Under the pieces are notes generated by a model, which saw only the letters and a program-made list of their open reading frames with translations, had not been told where the DNA came from and ran no database searches. From Trichlorobacter lovleyi SZ (lineage in GTDB: Bacteria > Desulfobacterota > Desulfuromonadia > Geobacterales > Pseudopelobacteraceae), in assembly GCF_000020385.1 (NCBI RefSeq), contig NC_010814.1:2880001-2912000 (forward strand): a stretch of DNA of 32,000 bases, in the 5' to 3' direction. Positions 17,210 through 25,935 of the stretch are shown one piece after another. A program made the translations under genes and the position numbers. Positions within the stretch are counted from its first letter, which is position 1. Every line of letters begins with the position of its first letter.

Positions 17210-18505
17210 ATGATTCCACGCTACACACGCAAAGAAATGGCCCAGATCTGGGAACCGGAAAACCGTTTCCGCATCTGGCTTGAAATTGAGACCCTGGCCT
17301 GCGAGGCCCAGGCCCAGCTTGGCGTCATCCCTAAAGAGGTTGTTCCTGTTATCCGCGAGAAGGGCAACTTTGACATTGAGCGGATCGATGCCATTGAGGC
17401 TGAAGTCAAGCATGACGTGATCGCCTTCCTGACCTCGGTGGCCGAGTATGTCGGCCCGGAGGCCCGTTTCATTCATCAGGGCATGACCTCCTCCGATGTG
17501 CTGGACACCTGCCTTTCCGTACAGCTGGTACAGGCTGCAGATGAACTGCTGGCTGATCTTGATATGATCCTTGAGTCGATCAAGGTGCGCGCCTATGAGC
17601 ACAAAGATACGGTCTGCATGGGCCGTTCCCACGGCATCCACGCCGAGCCGGTCACCTTCGGCCTGAAACTGGCCACCTGGTATGCCGAGATGGACCGCAA
17701 CCGGACGCGTCTGCGGGCAGCCCGGGAAGGGATCGCCACCGGCGCCATCTCCGGCGCAGTCGGTACCTTTGCCAACATCAACCCCTTTGTTGAAGAGTAT
17801 GTCTGCGAAAAGATGGGGCTGAAGCCGGAACCGGTCTCCACCCAGGTGATTCCCCGCGACCGCCATGCCGAGTATTTCTGCGCCCTGGCCATCATCGCCT
17901 CCTCGATGGAGCGGATCGCCATTGAAGTCCGTCACCTGCAGCGCACCGAGGTGCTGGAGGCGGAAGAGCAGTTCACCAAGGGCCAGAAGGGCTCCTCGGC
18001 CATGCCCCACAAGCGCAACCCGATTCTGTCGGAAAACCTGACCGGTCAGGCCCGCTACGTCCGCGCCCAGTGCATTCCCGCCCTGGAAAACGTGGCGCTG
18101 TGGCATGAGCGTGACATCTCCCACTCCTCGGTTGAGCGCTACATCGGCCCGGATGCCACCGTGGCGCTGGATTTCTCGCTGCGCCGCCTGAACGGCCTGA
18201 TCAGGAACCTGGTGGTCTATCCAGAGAATATGCTGCGCAACCTGAATCAGATGAAGGGGCTGGTCTTCTCCCAAAAGATCCTGCTGGACCTGACCCAATC
18301 GGGCGTATCCCGCGAGAATGCCTACCGCCTGGTACAAAAGAACGCCATGAAGGTCTGGGAAGAGGGCAAGGATTTCCAGACTGAACTGCTGGCCGACCCG
18401 GAGGTGGTGGGTGCCCTGGGCGAGACCAAGATCCGTGAATCCTTTGACCTCTCCTATCACCTGAAGCATGTCGACACCATCTTCAAGAGGGTCTTCGGTG
18501 CCTAG
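17210..18505 (+). CDS. purB: Adenylosuccinate lyase.
   Basis: 431 aa starting MIPRYTRKEMAQIWEPENRF. Fumarate-lyase signature GSSAMPHKRNP. RBS CAGGAG at 17195-17200. Confidence 0.97.
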   Translation: MIPRYTRKEMAQIWEPENRFRIWLEIETLACEAQAQLGVIPKEVVPVIREKGNFDIERIDAIEAEVKHDVIAFLTSVAEYVGPEARFIHQGMTSSDVLDTCLSVQLVQAADELLADLDMILESIKVRAYEHKDTVCMGRSHGIHAEPVTFGLKLATWYAEMDRNRTRLRAAREGIATGAISGAVGTFANINPFVEEYVCEKMGLKPEPVSTQVIPRDRHAEYFCALAIIASSMERIAIEVRHLQRTEVLEAEEQFTKGQKGSSAMPHKRNPILSENLTGQARYVRAQCIPALENVALWHERDISHSSVERYIGPDATVALDFSLRRLNGLIRNLVVYPENMLRNLNQMKGLVFSQKILLDLTQSGVSRENAYRLVQKNAMKVWEEGKDFQTELLADPEVVGALGETKIRESFDLSYHLKHVDTIFKRVFGA

Positions 18506-19607
18506 TCTGCTGGAAGCGTTCATAACCTCCTTTGTGCCGTCAAGCAGTGACACAGGTTCTCTGTTCTGGGCCAAAAGGCTGCTGACGGCCCTGCTTGTCT
18601 TCGGCTGCTTCTGGCTTCTGGCTCAGGCGGTCTGCTGGATTATCAACCGCTGGGGCAGCAAGATCGCCTCGTTCACCGCAACGGATCTTGATGACCGGAT
18701 CCTGAAGCGGGTCACCCCTTCCATCTCGCTGTTGCTGACCTTCCTGGGAATTTATTACGCCTTCCGGACACTGCCGCTGCATGAAAAGCTTTTCAGGCTG
18801 CTGTCAGGAGGTCTGTTCATCGCCAATGTGGTGATTGTCTGTATCCTGATTTACCGGGTGCTGCACGAGACCCTGCTCTGGTACGCAGAACGGCAGCAGG
18901 ACGGCGAGGCCGGGACCTTCTCACGCCAGATGGCACCGATAATTGAAAAGGTGACCATGCTGTTTATCATCGGCGCGGCGCTGATGGTAGTGCTGAAGCA
19001 CTTCAACTATGATATACTTTCACTGGTCACGGCCCTGGGGATCGGCTCACTGGCCATCGGTATGGCCGCCAAGGACACCTTGGCCCACGTCATCTCCGGT
19101 TTTACCCTGATGATCGACCGGCCGTTCAGGATCGGGGACCGGATCCAGCTGTCGGGCGGACAGGTGGGGGATGTACAGGATATCGGTCTGCGCTCCACCA
19201 AGATCAAGACCCTGGACAATCAGTTGCTGATCATCCCCAACTCGGATCTCTGCAACACCATGCTGACCAACCAGGCCTTTCCCGATAACCGGATCAAGGG
19301 ACGGATCAATGTGGGGGTCGGCTACGCCAGTGATGCGGAGCGGGTCAAGCAACAGTTGGTCGCCATCGCCCTTGAGATTGATGATGTGCTGAAAGACCCG
19401 GGGCCGGAGGCGTATTTCGTTTCGTTCGGCGATTCGGCCCTGAATATGTCGCTCTTCTTCTGGGTTGAGGAGTATGCCAAACTGTTTGCCACCACTGACA
19501 AGATCAACTCAAAGATTCTTGCACGTTTCCGTGAACAGGGGATTGAGATTCCGTTCCCGATCAGGACCGTCACATTGAAACAGGAACAAGGTGCACACAC
19601 CCCATAA
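18468..19607 (+). CDS. Mechanosensitive ion channel, MscS family.
   Basis: 379 aa. Several N-terminal TM helices, then the MscS core (LGIGSLAIGMAAKDTLAHVISGFTLMIDRPFRIGDRI). The ATG at 18468 overlaps purB by 38 nt. GTG 18498 or GTG 18534 are possible alternative starts. Confidence 0.85.
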   Translation: MSTPSSRGSSVPSLLEAFITSFVPSSSDTGSLFWAKRLLTALLVFGCFWLLAQAVCWIINRWGSKIASFTATDLDDRILKRVTPSISLLLTFLGIYYAFRTLPLHEKLFRLLSGGLFIANVVIVCILIYRVLHETLLWYAERQQDGEAGTFSRQMAPIIEKVTMLFIIGAALMVVLKHFNYDILSLVTALGIGSLAIGMAAKDTLAHVISGFTLMIDRPFRIGDRIQLSGGQVGDVQDIGLRSTKIKTLDNQLLIIPNSDLCNTMLTNQAFPDNRIKGRINVGVGYASDAERVKQQLVAIALEIDDVLKDPGPEAYFVSFGDSALNMSLFFWVEEYAKLFATTDKINSKILARFREQGIEIPFPIRTVTLKQEQGAHTP

Positions 19608-19626
19608 CTAAAGGGAGGTAGAGGCC

Positions 19627-20031
19627 ATGAAGCCAGTCCGGTGCTATGCAGCAGTTGCCCTGTTGACACTGACAGCAGGTTTTGCCTTTGCTGCCGATGA
19701 GGCAGGCGGGGTCAAACCTGAGACCACTGCCCTGTATCAGAAGGCCAGGGATCAGGTTGCCAAATTGAGCGGCACATTGGCGGCCAAGTATGCCCCGGAA
19801 GTGATTGAGCAGGCCGCAGCCAACCTGGAAACCGCCCAGAACGGTTTAAAGCAGGGGGATGACCGTGCCACCCGCCAGGCCTCCGAGTTGGCGGCAACCC
19901 AGGTCAAACTGGCCCTGGCCCTGACCGACGAACGGATCGCCCTTGAGAAATCTACAGCATCCCAGAAGGAACTGACCCAGCTTGAACAACGTCTGGCATC
20001 CATTCTGGCCGGGAAAGGGGAAAAACCATGA
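19627..20031 (+). CDS. Secreted DUF4398-like helical protein.
   Basis: 134 aa. Signal peptide MKPVRCYAAVALLTLTAGFAFA, then KYAPEVIEQAAANLETAQNGLKQGDDRATRQASELAATQVKLALA, typical of DUF4398 proteins that accompany OmpA-family genes. RBS GGGAGG. Confidence 0.75.
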   Translation: MKPVRCYAAVALLTLTAGFAFAADEAGGVKPETTALYQKARDQVAKLSGTLAAKYAPEVIEQAAANLETAQNGLKQGDDRATRQASELAATQVKLALALTDERIALEKSTASQKELTQLEQRLASILAGKGEKP

Positions 20032-21140
20032 GCCGCCTGATTCGTGCAGCAGTCATCTGCAGCCTGATTGCCGGTCTGACCGCCGTCATCCCCCTCCCCG
20101 TATCTGCATCAGATGAACCGCTACCGGCCTACCTGCAACAGGCCCAGAGTGCCGTTGCCCAGGTCCTGTCGAGGGGGGCTGATCTGCCGGCACTGAATGA
20201 CGACATCCTGATTGCGCAGAACTCCCTGCGTAATGCCGAGGCGGAATACAAGAAAAATCTTGGTTGGAGCGGCAAGCTCGATCAAAAGGCCGAGCCGACC
20301 GTCCGCTATCTTGCAGAAGCTGCCAGACTGCAGGCCGCGGTCCTGCTGGCCCGCATCGGCAAGCAGGACCAGGACAAGGAAAAATCCCGGCTTGACGGCC
20401 TGATTACGGTCACCAAGGCCAAGATCAAGGTCTTTGATGATCTGGTGGCCCAGGTGAAGGCCCTGAAAAAACAGAGTGCTGATCAGACCAACCAGATCAC
20501 CAGCCTGAACGCCAAGGTCGCCTCGTTAACAGCGGAACTGTCAGCCAAAGGCTCGGTCATCACCAGCTCCGACCAGAAAACCGGCGAACTGCTCAAGGCA
20601 CTGGATGAGCAGAAAAAGGCCACCGCTTCATCTGAGCAGCGGGTGGCAGCCCTGACCCAGGAGCTGGAAGGGTTGAAGCAACAGACCGCACAACTGCAGG
20701 CAACCGGTGAACAGCTGGCTGCCGAAAAGCGGATCAAGGCCTTTGAGGCTGAAGTGGGCAAATTGGGCGGCATCGTCAAGAGCACCAGCGCAGGCCTGTC
20801 GGTCACCTTCCCCCGCTCACAACTGCTCAAGGTGACCGGCAAGAGCACCACTCTGACCGCTGATGGCGACAAGCAGATTGTCAAACTGGCTGAACTGGTC
20901 AGGACCTACCCGGAGTACCGGATCAAGCTGCGGGTACACGGTTTTGGCCAGCCCAGCCGCCATGAAGATGCTGCCGCCACCGACCATATGGCCCGCTTTA
21001 TCCGGGAAGGGCTGTTGACCAAAGGCAAACTTGAGCAGGCAACGGTTGAAGCCCTGGGGGTCGGGGCTGCTGAACCGGTTTATCCCAAGGGCAACATCGA
21101 AGGCAACCGCCGCGTTGAAATTATCTTTGTGAAGAAATAA
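20028..21140 (+). CDS. OmpA-family protein (signal peptide, DUF4398-like segment, long coiled coil, C-terminal OmpA-like peptidoglycan-binding domain).
   Basis: 370 aa. ATGA overlap with the preceding gene. The coiled-coil region is rich in Q/L/K/A. The C-terminus is ...YRIKLRVHGFG...GNRRVEIIFVKK. Confidence 0.85.
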   Translation: MSRLIRAAVICSLIAGLTAVIPLPVSASDEPLPAYLQQAQSAVAQVLSRGADLPALNDDILIAQNSLRNAEAEYKKNLGWSGKLDQKAEPTVRYLAEAARLQAAVLLARIGKQDQDKEKSRLDGLITVTKAKIKVFDDLVAQVKALKKQSADQTNQITSLNAKVASLTAELSAKGSVITSSDQKTGELLKALDEQKKATASSEQRVAALTQELEGLKQQTAQLQATGEQLAAEKRIKAFEAEVGKLGGIVKSTSAGLSVTFPRSQLLKVTGKSTTLTADGDKQIVKLAELVRTYPEYRIKLRVHGFGQPSRHEDAAATDHMARFIREGLLTKGKLEQATVEALGVGAAEPVYPKGNIEGNRRVEIIFVKK

Positions 21141-21149
21141 AGGACTGAC

Positions 21150-24140
21150 ATGTCGAGCAGAGTTGAAGTAGCCCTGAAAGACGGTGTGCGCGACTCCCGC
21201 GGTGAGCGGATCAAGCGCGAGATCGAACATTTTCTGCACCTGAAGGTGAAGCAGGTGCGTACCATCGATGTCTACACGGTGGATGCGGCACTTACACGGG
21301 AAGAGCTGGAAGCTGCAGCCAGCGGGCCGTTCTGTGACCCGGTCATCCAGAGCTACAGTGTAGACCTGCCCCAGGCCAGCGGCTTTGACTGGGCCGTGGA
21401 AGTGGGCTTCCGCCCCGGCGTAACCGACAATATCGGCCGGACCGCCGGTGAAGCGGTTTCCTACCTGATCCAGCGTCCTCTTGCAGACAGCGAGGCGGTC
21501 TATTCGTCGGTCCAGTACCTGCTCACGGGTGATCTGAGCAATGAGCAGGTGGAAAAGATCGCCACCGGCCTGTTGTGTAACACCCTGATCCAGCGTTACA
21601 GCATCATGTCCGCAGCTGACTTCATGGCCAGGCGAGGCTTCCCGGTTACGGTACCCAAGGTAACCGGTGAGACCAAAGGGCAGGTGCGGGAGATTGATCT
21701 GGAGGTCTCCGATGAGGAGCTGCTGCGGATCAGCAAGGATGGCGTACTGGCCCTGACCCTGGAGGAGATGAAGATCATCCAGACCCACTACCGTGATCCG
21801 CAGGTGCTGGCGGAGCGTTCTAAACAGGGACTGGGCAGTAAGCCGACCGATGTGGAGCTGGAATGCCTGGCCCAGACCTGGTCAGAGCACTGCAAGCACA
21901 AGATCTTTGCCGGTACCGTGCAGTACGAAGATGAAAACGGCAACAAGCAGGAGATCAAATCGCTGTTCAAGTCCTACATCCAGCGGGTCACCAAAGAGGT
22001 GCGCCAGAACATGGGTGACAAGGATTTCTGCCTGTCAGTCTTCAAGGACAACGCCGGGGTGATCACCTTTGACGAGAACAACTCGCTGGTCTTCAAGGTG
22101 GAGACCCACAACTCACCTTCCGCCCTTGATCCCTACGGCGGCGCCCTGACCGGCATCGTAGGGGTCAACCGCGATCCGTTCGGCACCGGCCAGGGTTCCA
22201 AGCTGATCTTCAACACCGATGTGTTCTGTTTTGCCGACCCGTTCTACGACAAGCCGCTGCCAGCACGGCTGCTGCATCCCCGCCGGATCTTTGAGGGAGT
22301 GGTGGAAGGGGTGGAGCATGGCGGCAACAAGTCCGGCATTCCCACCGTGAACGGCTCCATCGTGTTTGATGAGCGCTTTGCTGGCAAGCCGCTGGTATTC
22401 TGCGGTACTGCCGGGATGATGCCTGCACGGGTGAACGGTATTCCGGGCCATGAGAAGAGCATCAAGCCGGGGGATCTGATCGTGATGGCCGGTGGCCGGA
22501 TCGGCAAGGACGGCATCCACGGCGCCACCTTCTCTTCCGAAGAACTGAACGAAAACTCGCCGGTTACGGCGGTGCAGATCGGCGACCCGATCACCCAGAA
22601 GCGGATGTTCGACTTCCTGATCCGGGCCCGTGACAAAGGACTGTACCGCTTTATCACTGACAACGGCGCAGGCGGTCTCTCCTCCTCCATCGGTGAGATG
22701 GCGGGCGAGTGCAACGGCTGCCGGATGGACCTGGCCAAGGCCCCCTTGAAATATCCCGGCCTTAATCCCTGGGAAATCCTGATCTCCGAGGCCCAGGAGC
22801 GGATGTCCATGGCGGTGCCGCCGGAAAAACTGGACGAGTTCATGGCCATGTCTAAACGCTTCGGCGTGGAATCAACCGTACTGGGTGAGTTTACCGACAG
22901 CGGCACCTTCCATATCCAGTACGGCGAAGCAACCGTGGCCTGGCTGCCGATGGAGTTCATGCACGAAGGCCTGCCGCCGATGCAGATTCCGGCCAAGTGG
23001 CAGCCACCGGTTACCCCGGAAGCACCGGCACAGCACAAGGAAGACTGGACCGCTGACCTTTTGGGACTGTTGGGCCAGCTCAACATCTGTTCCAAGGAGT
23101 CGGTGGTGCGGCGCTACGACCATGAAGTACAGGGTGGTTCCGTGGTCAAGCCGTTCACCGGCGTGACCAACGATGGCCCGTCTGATGCAGCGGTGGTCAG
23201 GCCGATCCTGGATTCCTACAAAGGGGTGGTGGTCTCCCACGGCATCTGCCCCCGTTATTCTGATATTGATGCCTACCACATGGCCGCTAATGCCATTGAC
23301 GAGGCGCTGCGCAACTATGTGGCGGTGGGCGGTAACCCGGAGCACTGGGCCGGCCTGGACAATTTCTGCTGGTGCGACCCGGTCCTGTCGGAAAAGACCC
23401 CGGATGGTCCCTACAAGATGGCTCAACTGGTACGGGCCAACCAGGCGTTGCTGGATTACTGCGTACCGCTCAACCTGCCACTGATCTCCGGCAAGGATTC
23501 GATGAAGAACGACTTCTACGACGGCTCCACCAAGATCTCGATCCCGCCGACCCTGCTGTTCTCGGTGATCGGCACGATTCCGGATATCCGTAATGCCGTC
23601 ACCATGGACTTCAAACGGCCCGGCGACATCATCTGCCTGCTGGGCGCCACCAAAGATGAATTGGGCGGTTCCGAATATCTGGCCATGCAGGGCTACACCG
23701 GCAACAAGGTGCCCAAAGTGGATCTTGCCTCGGCCCTGGCCCGTTACAAGGCACTGCACCAGGCCATTATGAACGGCCTGGTGGCATCCTGCCATGACCT
23801 GTCCGATGGCGGTCTGGCGGTGGCCCTGGCTGAGTCGTCCTTCTCCGGCGGTTTCGGCTGCCGGGTGGAACTGGGTAATGTCCATTTTGAGGGCGACCAG
23901 CGCTACCGCACTGACGAGGTGCTGTTGTTCTCTGAATCCGCCTCCCGCCTGCTGGTAACGGTACACCCGGCTCAGTGGTCGGCCTTTGAAGAGGCCATGG
24001 CCGGCACAACCTTCAGCCAGATCGGCCAGGTAGCAGATACTGACATGGTCAGCATTGCCGGACTGGAAGGCAAGACCGTGCTGCACAGCAGCCTGAAACA
24101 ACTGAAAGAAGCCTGGCAGGCAACGCTGCGCGAGCTATGA
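21150..24140 (+). CDS. purL: Phosphoribosylformylglycinamidine (FGAM) synthase, synthetase component, with an N-terminal PurS-like extension of about 200 aa.
   Basis: 996 aa. The motif that marks the start of the PurL core (PTDVELECLAQTWSEHCKHKIF) only appears at aa 232-253. AIR-synthase-related repeats follow. No separate purS gene is present in the window. Confidence 0.96.
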   Translation: MSSRVEVALKDGVRDSRGERIKREIEHFLHLKVKQVRTIDVYTVDAALTREELEAAASGPFCDPVIQSYSVDLPQASGFDWAVEVGFRPGVTDNIGRTAGEAVSYLIQRPLADSEAVYSSVQYLLTGDLSNEQVEKIATGLLCNTLIQRYSIMSAADFMARRGFPVTVPKVTGETKGQVREIDLEVSDEELLRISKDGVLALTLEEMKIIQTHYRDPQVLAERSKQGLGSKPTDVELECLAQTWSEHCKHKIFAGTVQYEDENGNKQEIKSLFKSYIQRVTKEVRQNMGDKDFCLSVFKDNAGVITFDENNSLVFKVETHNSPSALDPYGGALTGIVGVNRDPFGTGQGSKLIFNTDVFCFADPFYDKPLPARLLHPRRIFEGVVEGVEHGGNKSGIPTVNGSIVFDERFAGKPLVFCGTAGMMPARVNGIPGHEKSIKPGDLIVMAGGRIGKDGIHGATFSSEELNENSPVTAVQIGDPITQKRMFDFLIRARDKGLYRFITDNGAGGLSSSIGEMAGECNGCRMDLAKAPLKYPGLNPWEILISEAQERMSMAVPPEKLDEFMAMSKRFGVESTVLGEFTDSGTFHIQYGEATVAWLPMEFMHEGLPPMQIPAKWQPPVTPEAPAQHKEDWTADLLGLLGQLNICSKESVVRRYDHEVQGGSVVKPFTGVTNDGPSDAAVVRPILDSYKGVVVSHGICPRYSDIDAYHMAANAIDEALRNYVAVGGNPEHWAGLDNFCWCDPVLSEKTPDGPYKMAQLVRANQALLDYCVPLNLPLISGKDSMKNDFYDGSTKISIPPTLLFSVIGTIPDIRNAVTMDFKRPGDIICLLGATKDELGGSEYLAMQGYTGNKVPKVDLASALARYKALHQAIMNGLVASCHDLSDGGLAVALAESSFSGGFGCRVELGNVHFEGDQRYRTDEVLLFSESASRLLVTVHPAQWSAFEEAMAGTTFSQIGQVADTDMVSIAGLEGKTVLHSSLKQLKEAWQATLREL

Positions 24141-25111
24141 TCGGGCCACTGTCAGACATAAGCACAGCCCATCAGGATTCGTTCTACAGGCAACTGCTTG
24201 AGAACATTCATGATGGTGTGTACTTTGTTGACATGAACCGGATCATCACCTTCTGGAACAAGGGTGCGGAACGGATTACCGGCTTTACTGCGGAAGAGGT
24301 CATTGGGTCCGGATGCCGGGACAACATTCTGGTCCATGTTGATGCAGAGGGCAATGAACTGTGCAGCTCTGCCTGCCCGCTACTGTTGTCTGCAACCGGC
24401 GATATGCCGGGTAGTGCAGATGTCTACCTGCACCACAAGGATGGTCACCGTGTGGCGGTCTCGGTTCAGGCCTCACCGGTCAAGGATGGAGACGGTACGA
24501 TAATCGGCGCCATTGAAAGCTTCAGAGAGACCTCTGCCCCCCCCTTTGAAAGCCTGGAGTTTGAAGAGTTGCAACGTCTGGCCCTGCTTGACCCGCTGAC
24601 AGAGACAGCCAACCGGCGCTACCTGGAAATGAAACTGCAGGCGGATCTGGATAAATTTCAACGTTACGGCATCGGCGTCGGCGTCATCTTTGCCGACATC
24701 GATCATTTCAAGGCCTTTAACGACACCTACGGCCATGGGCTTGGCGATGATATCCTGCGCGTAGTTGCCCGGACCCTGCAGGGTAATGTACGCAGCAGCG
24801 ACCTTGCCGGACGCTGGGGTGGCGAAGAATTCCTGATTGTCGTACCCCACGCCGATGCTGCACGGCTTGCCCGGCTGGCGGAAAAGCTGCGCAGACTGGT
24901 TGAAAGCTGTTTTGTCATGCACCAGGAACAGCGGGTAACGACAACCATCAGCATGGGAACTGCTGTCGCACATCAGGGAGATACCCTGGAGGGCCTGCTG
25001 GAAAGGGCTGACCAGATGTTGTACAAGGCAAAACGGGCAGGACGGAACTGTATTATGACCGACCAGCAAGTAACTGGTCCGGATGAACAGACAAAGGAAA
25101 ACGCTGCATGA
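24137..25111 (+). CDS. PAS-domain diguanylate cyclase (GGDEF domain with GGEEF active site and RSSD I-site).
   Basis: 324 aa. PAS region FYRQLLENIHDGVYFVDMNRIITFWNKGAERITGF. GGDEF domain DPLTETANRRYL...FADIDHFKAFNDTYGH..GD. RSSD (aa 219-222) lies 5 residues before GGEEF (aa 228-232; nt 24818-24832). ATGA overlaps at both ends. Confidence 0.95.
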   Translation: MIGPLSDISTAHQDSFYRQLLENIHDGVYFVDMNRIITFWNKGAERITGFTAEEVIGSGCRDNILVHVDAEGNELCSSACPLLLSATGDMPGSADVYLHHKDGHRVAVSVQASPVKDGDGTIIGAIESFRETSAPPFESLEFEELQRLALLDPLTETANRRYLEMKLQADLDKFQRYGIGVGVIFADIDHFKAFNDTYGHGLGDDILRVVARTLQGNVRSSDLAGRWGGEEFLIVVPHADAARLARLAEKLRRLVESCFVMHQEQRVTTTISMGTAVAHQGDTLEGLLERADQMLYKAKRAGRNCIMTDQQVTGPDEQTKENAA

Positions 25112-25935
25112 CACCGATACGAGCGCTGGTCATTACCGGCAATGGCACCAACTGTGAGACAGAGGCAGCCCACGCCTGTCGCCTGGGAGGCTTTGACGAG
25201 GCGGTCATCGCCCATATCGCCGAGATACTCTCCGGCCAGATCCGGCTGGACGACTTCCATTTTCTGAACCTGACCGGCGGTTTTCTGGACGGTGACGACC
25301 TGGGTAGCGCCAAAGCCCAGGCCAACCGCCTGAAAAATGCCTCGGTCAGCGGCAGTGGTGAGAAGCTGGTGGAGCAGTTTACCCGCTTCATCAATGCCGG
25401 CAAGCTGGTACTGGGGGTCTGCAACGGCTTCCAGTTGATGGTCAAGATGGGGATGCTGCCCGCCCTGGACGGTAACAACCTGAACCAGACCGTCACCCTC
25501 TGCCATAACGATTGCGGCCGTTTCCAGGATCGCTGGTGCTACCTGAAGGCCGATCCGGCCTCACCCTGCGTCTTTACCAAAGGGATTGAAAAAGGGATCT
25601 ACCTGCCGGTACGCCACGGTGAAGGAAAATTCCTGACCGACACCCCCCAGACCCTGGAACGGATTGAGGCCGGTCACCTGGCGGTGCTCAAGTACAGTGA
25701 GGCCGGCTATGCTGAACCGACCATGGAATTCCCCGCCAACCCCAACGGCTCCACCAACGCCATTGCCGGGCTGTGTGACCCCACCGGCCGCCTGATGGGG
25801 CTGATGCCCCACCCGGAGGCCTTTGTCCACTATACCCAACATCCCCGCTGGACCCGTGAGCAGTTGCCGGAAGACGGTGACGGCCTGATCCTGTACAAAA
25901 ATGCTGCCGACTTTGTGAGGAAAAACCTGCTATGA
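25108..25935 (+). CDS. purQ: FGAM synthase glutamine amidotransferase component.
   Basis: 275 aa. Nucleophile Cys in GVCNGFQLM and catalytic His in LMPHPE. ATGA overlaps with the GGDEF gene and with purF. Confidence 0.94.
   Translation: MTPIRALVITGNGTNCETEAAHACRLGGFDEAVIAHIAEILSGQIRLDDFHFLNLTGGFLDGDDLGSAKAQANRLKNASVSGSGEKLVEQFTRFINAGKLVLGVCNGFQLMVKMGMLPALDGNNLNQTVTLCHNDCGRFQDRWCYLKADPASPCVFTKGIEKGIYLPVRHGEGKFLTDTPQTLERIEAGHLAVLKYSEAGYAEPTMEFPANPNGSTNAIAGLCDPTGRLMGLMPHPEAFVHYTQHPRWTREQLPEDGDGLILYKNAADFVRKNLL

Noticed and set aside
17183-18574. A 463-aa ORF antisense to all of purB. Similar long antisense ORFs occur at 5712..7004 (+), 7976..8935 (+), 13091..14116 (-), 20817..21788 (-), 22872..24101 (-) and 30488..31348 (-).
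   Set aside because: Each one is codon-aligned with the well-conserved gene on the opposite strand. I checked the coordinate arithmetic for purB, glpD, glpK, glnD, purL and tsf. In that frame, stops arise only from the sense codons TTA, CTA and TCA, which are rare in this G/C-ending codon usage. Their translations are low-complexity (rich in G/A/R/P/L) with no recognisable motifs. They are shadow ORFs, not overlapping genes.
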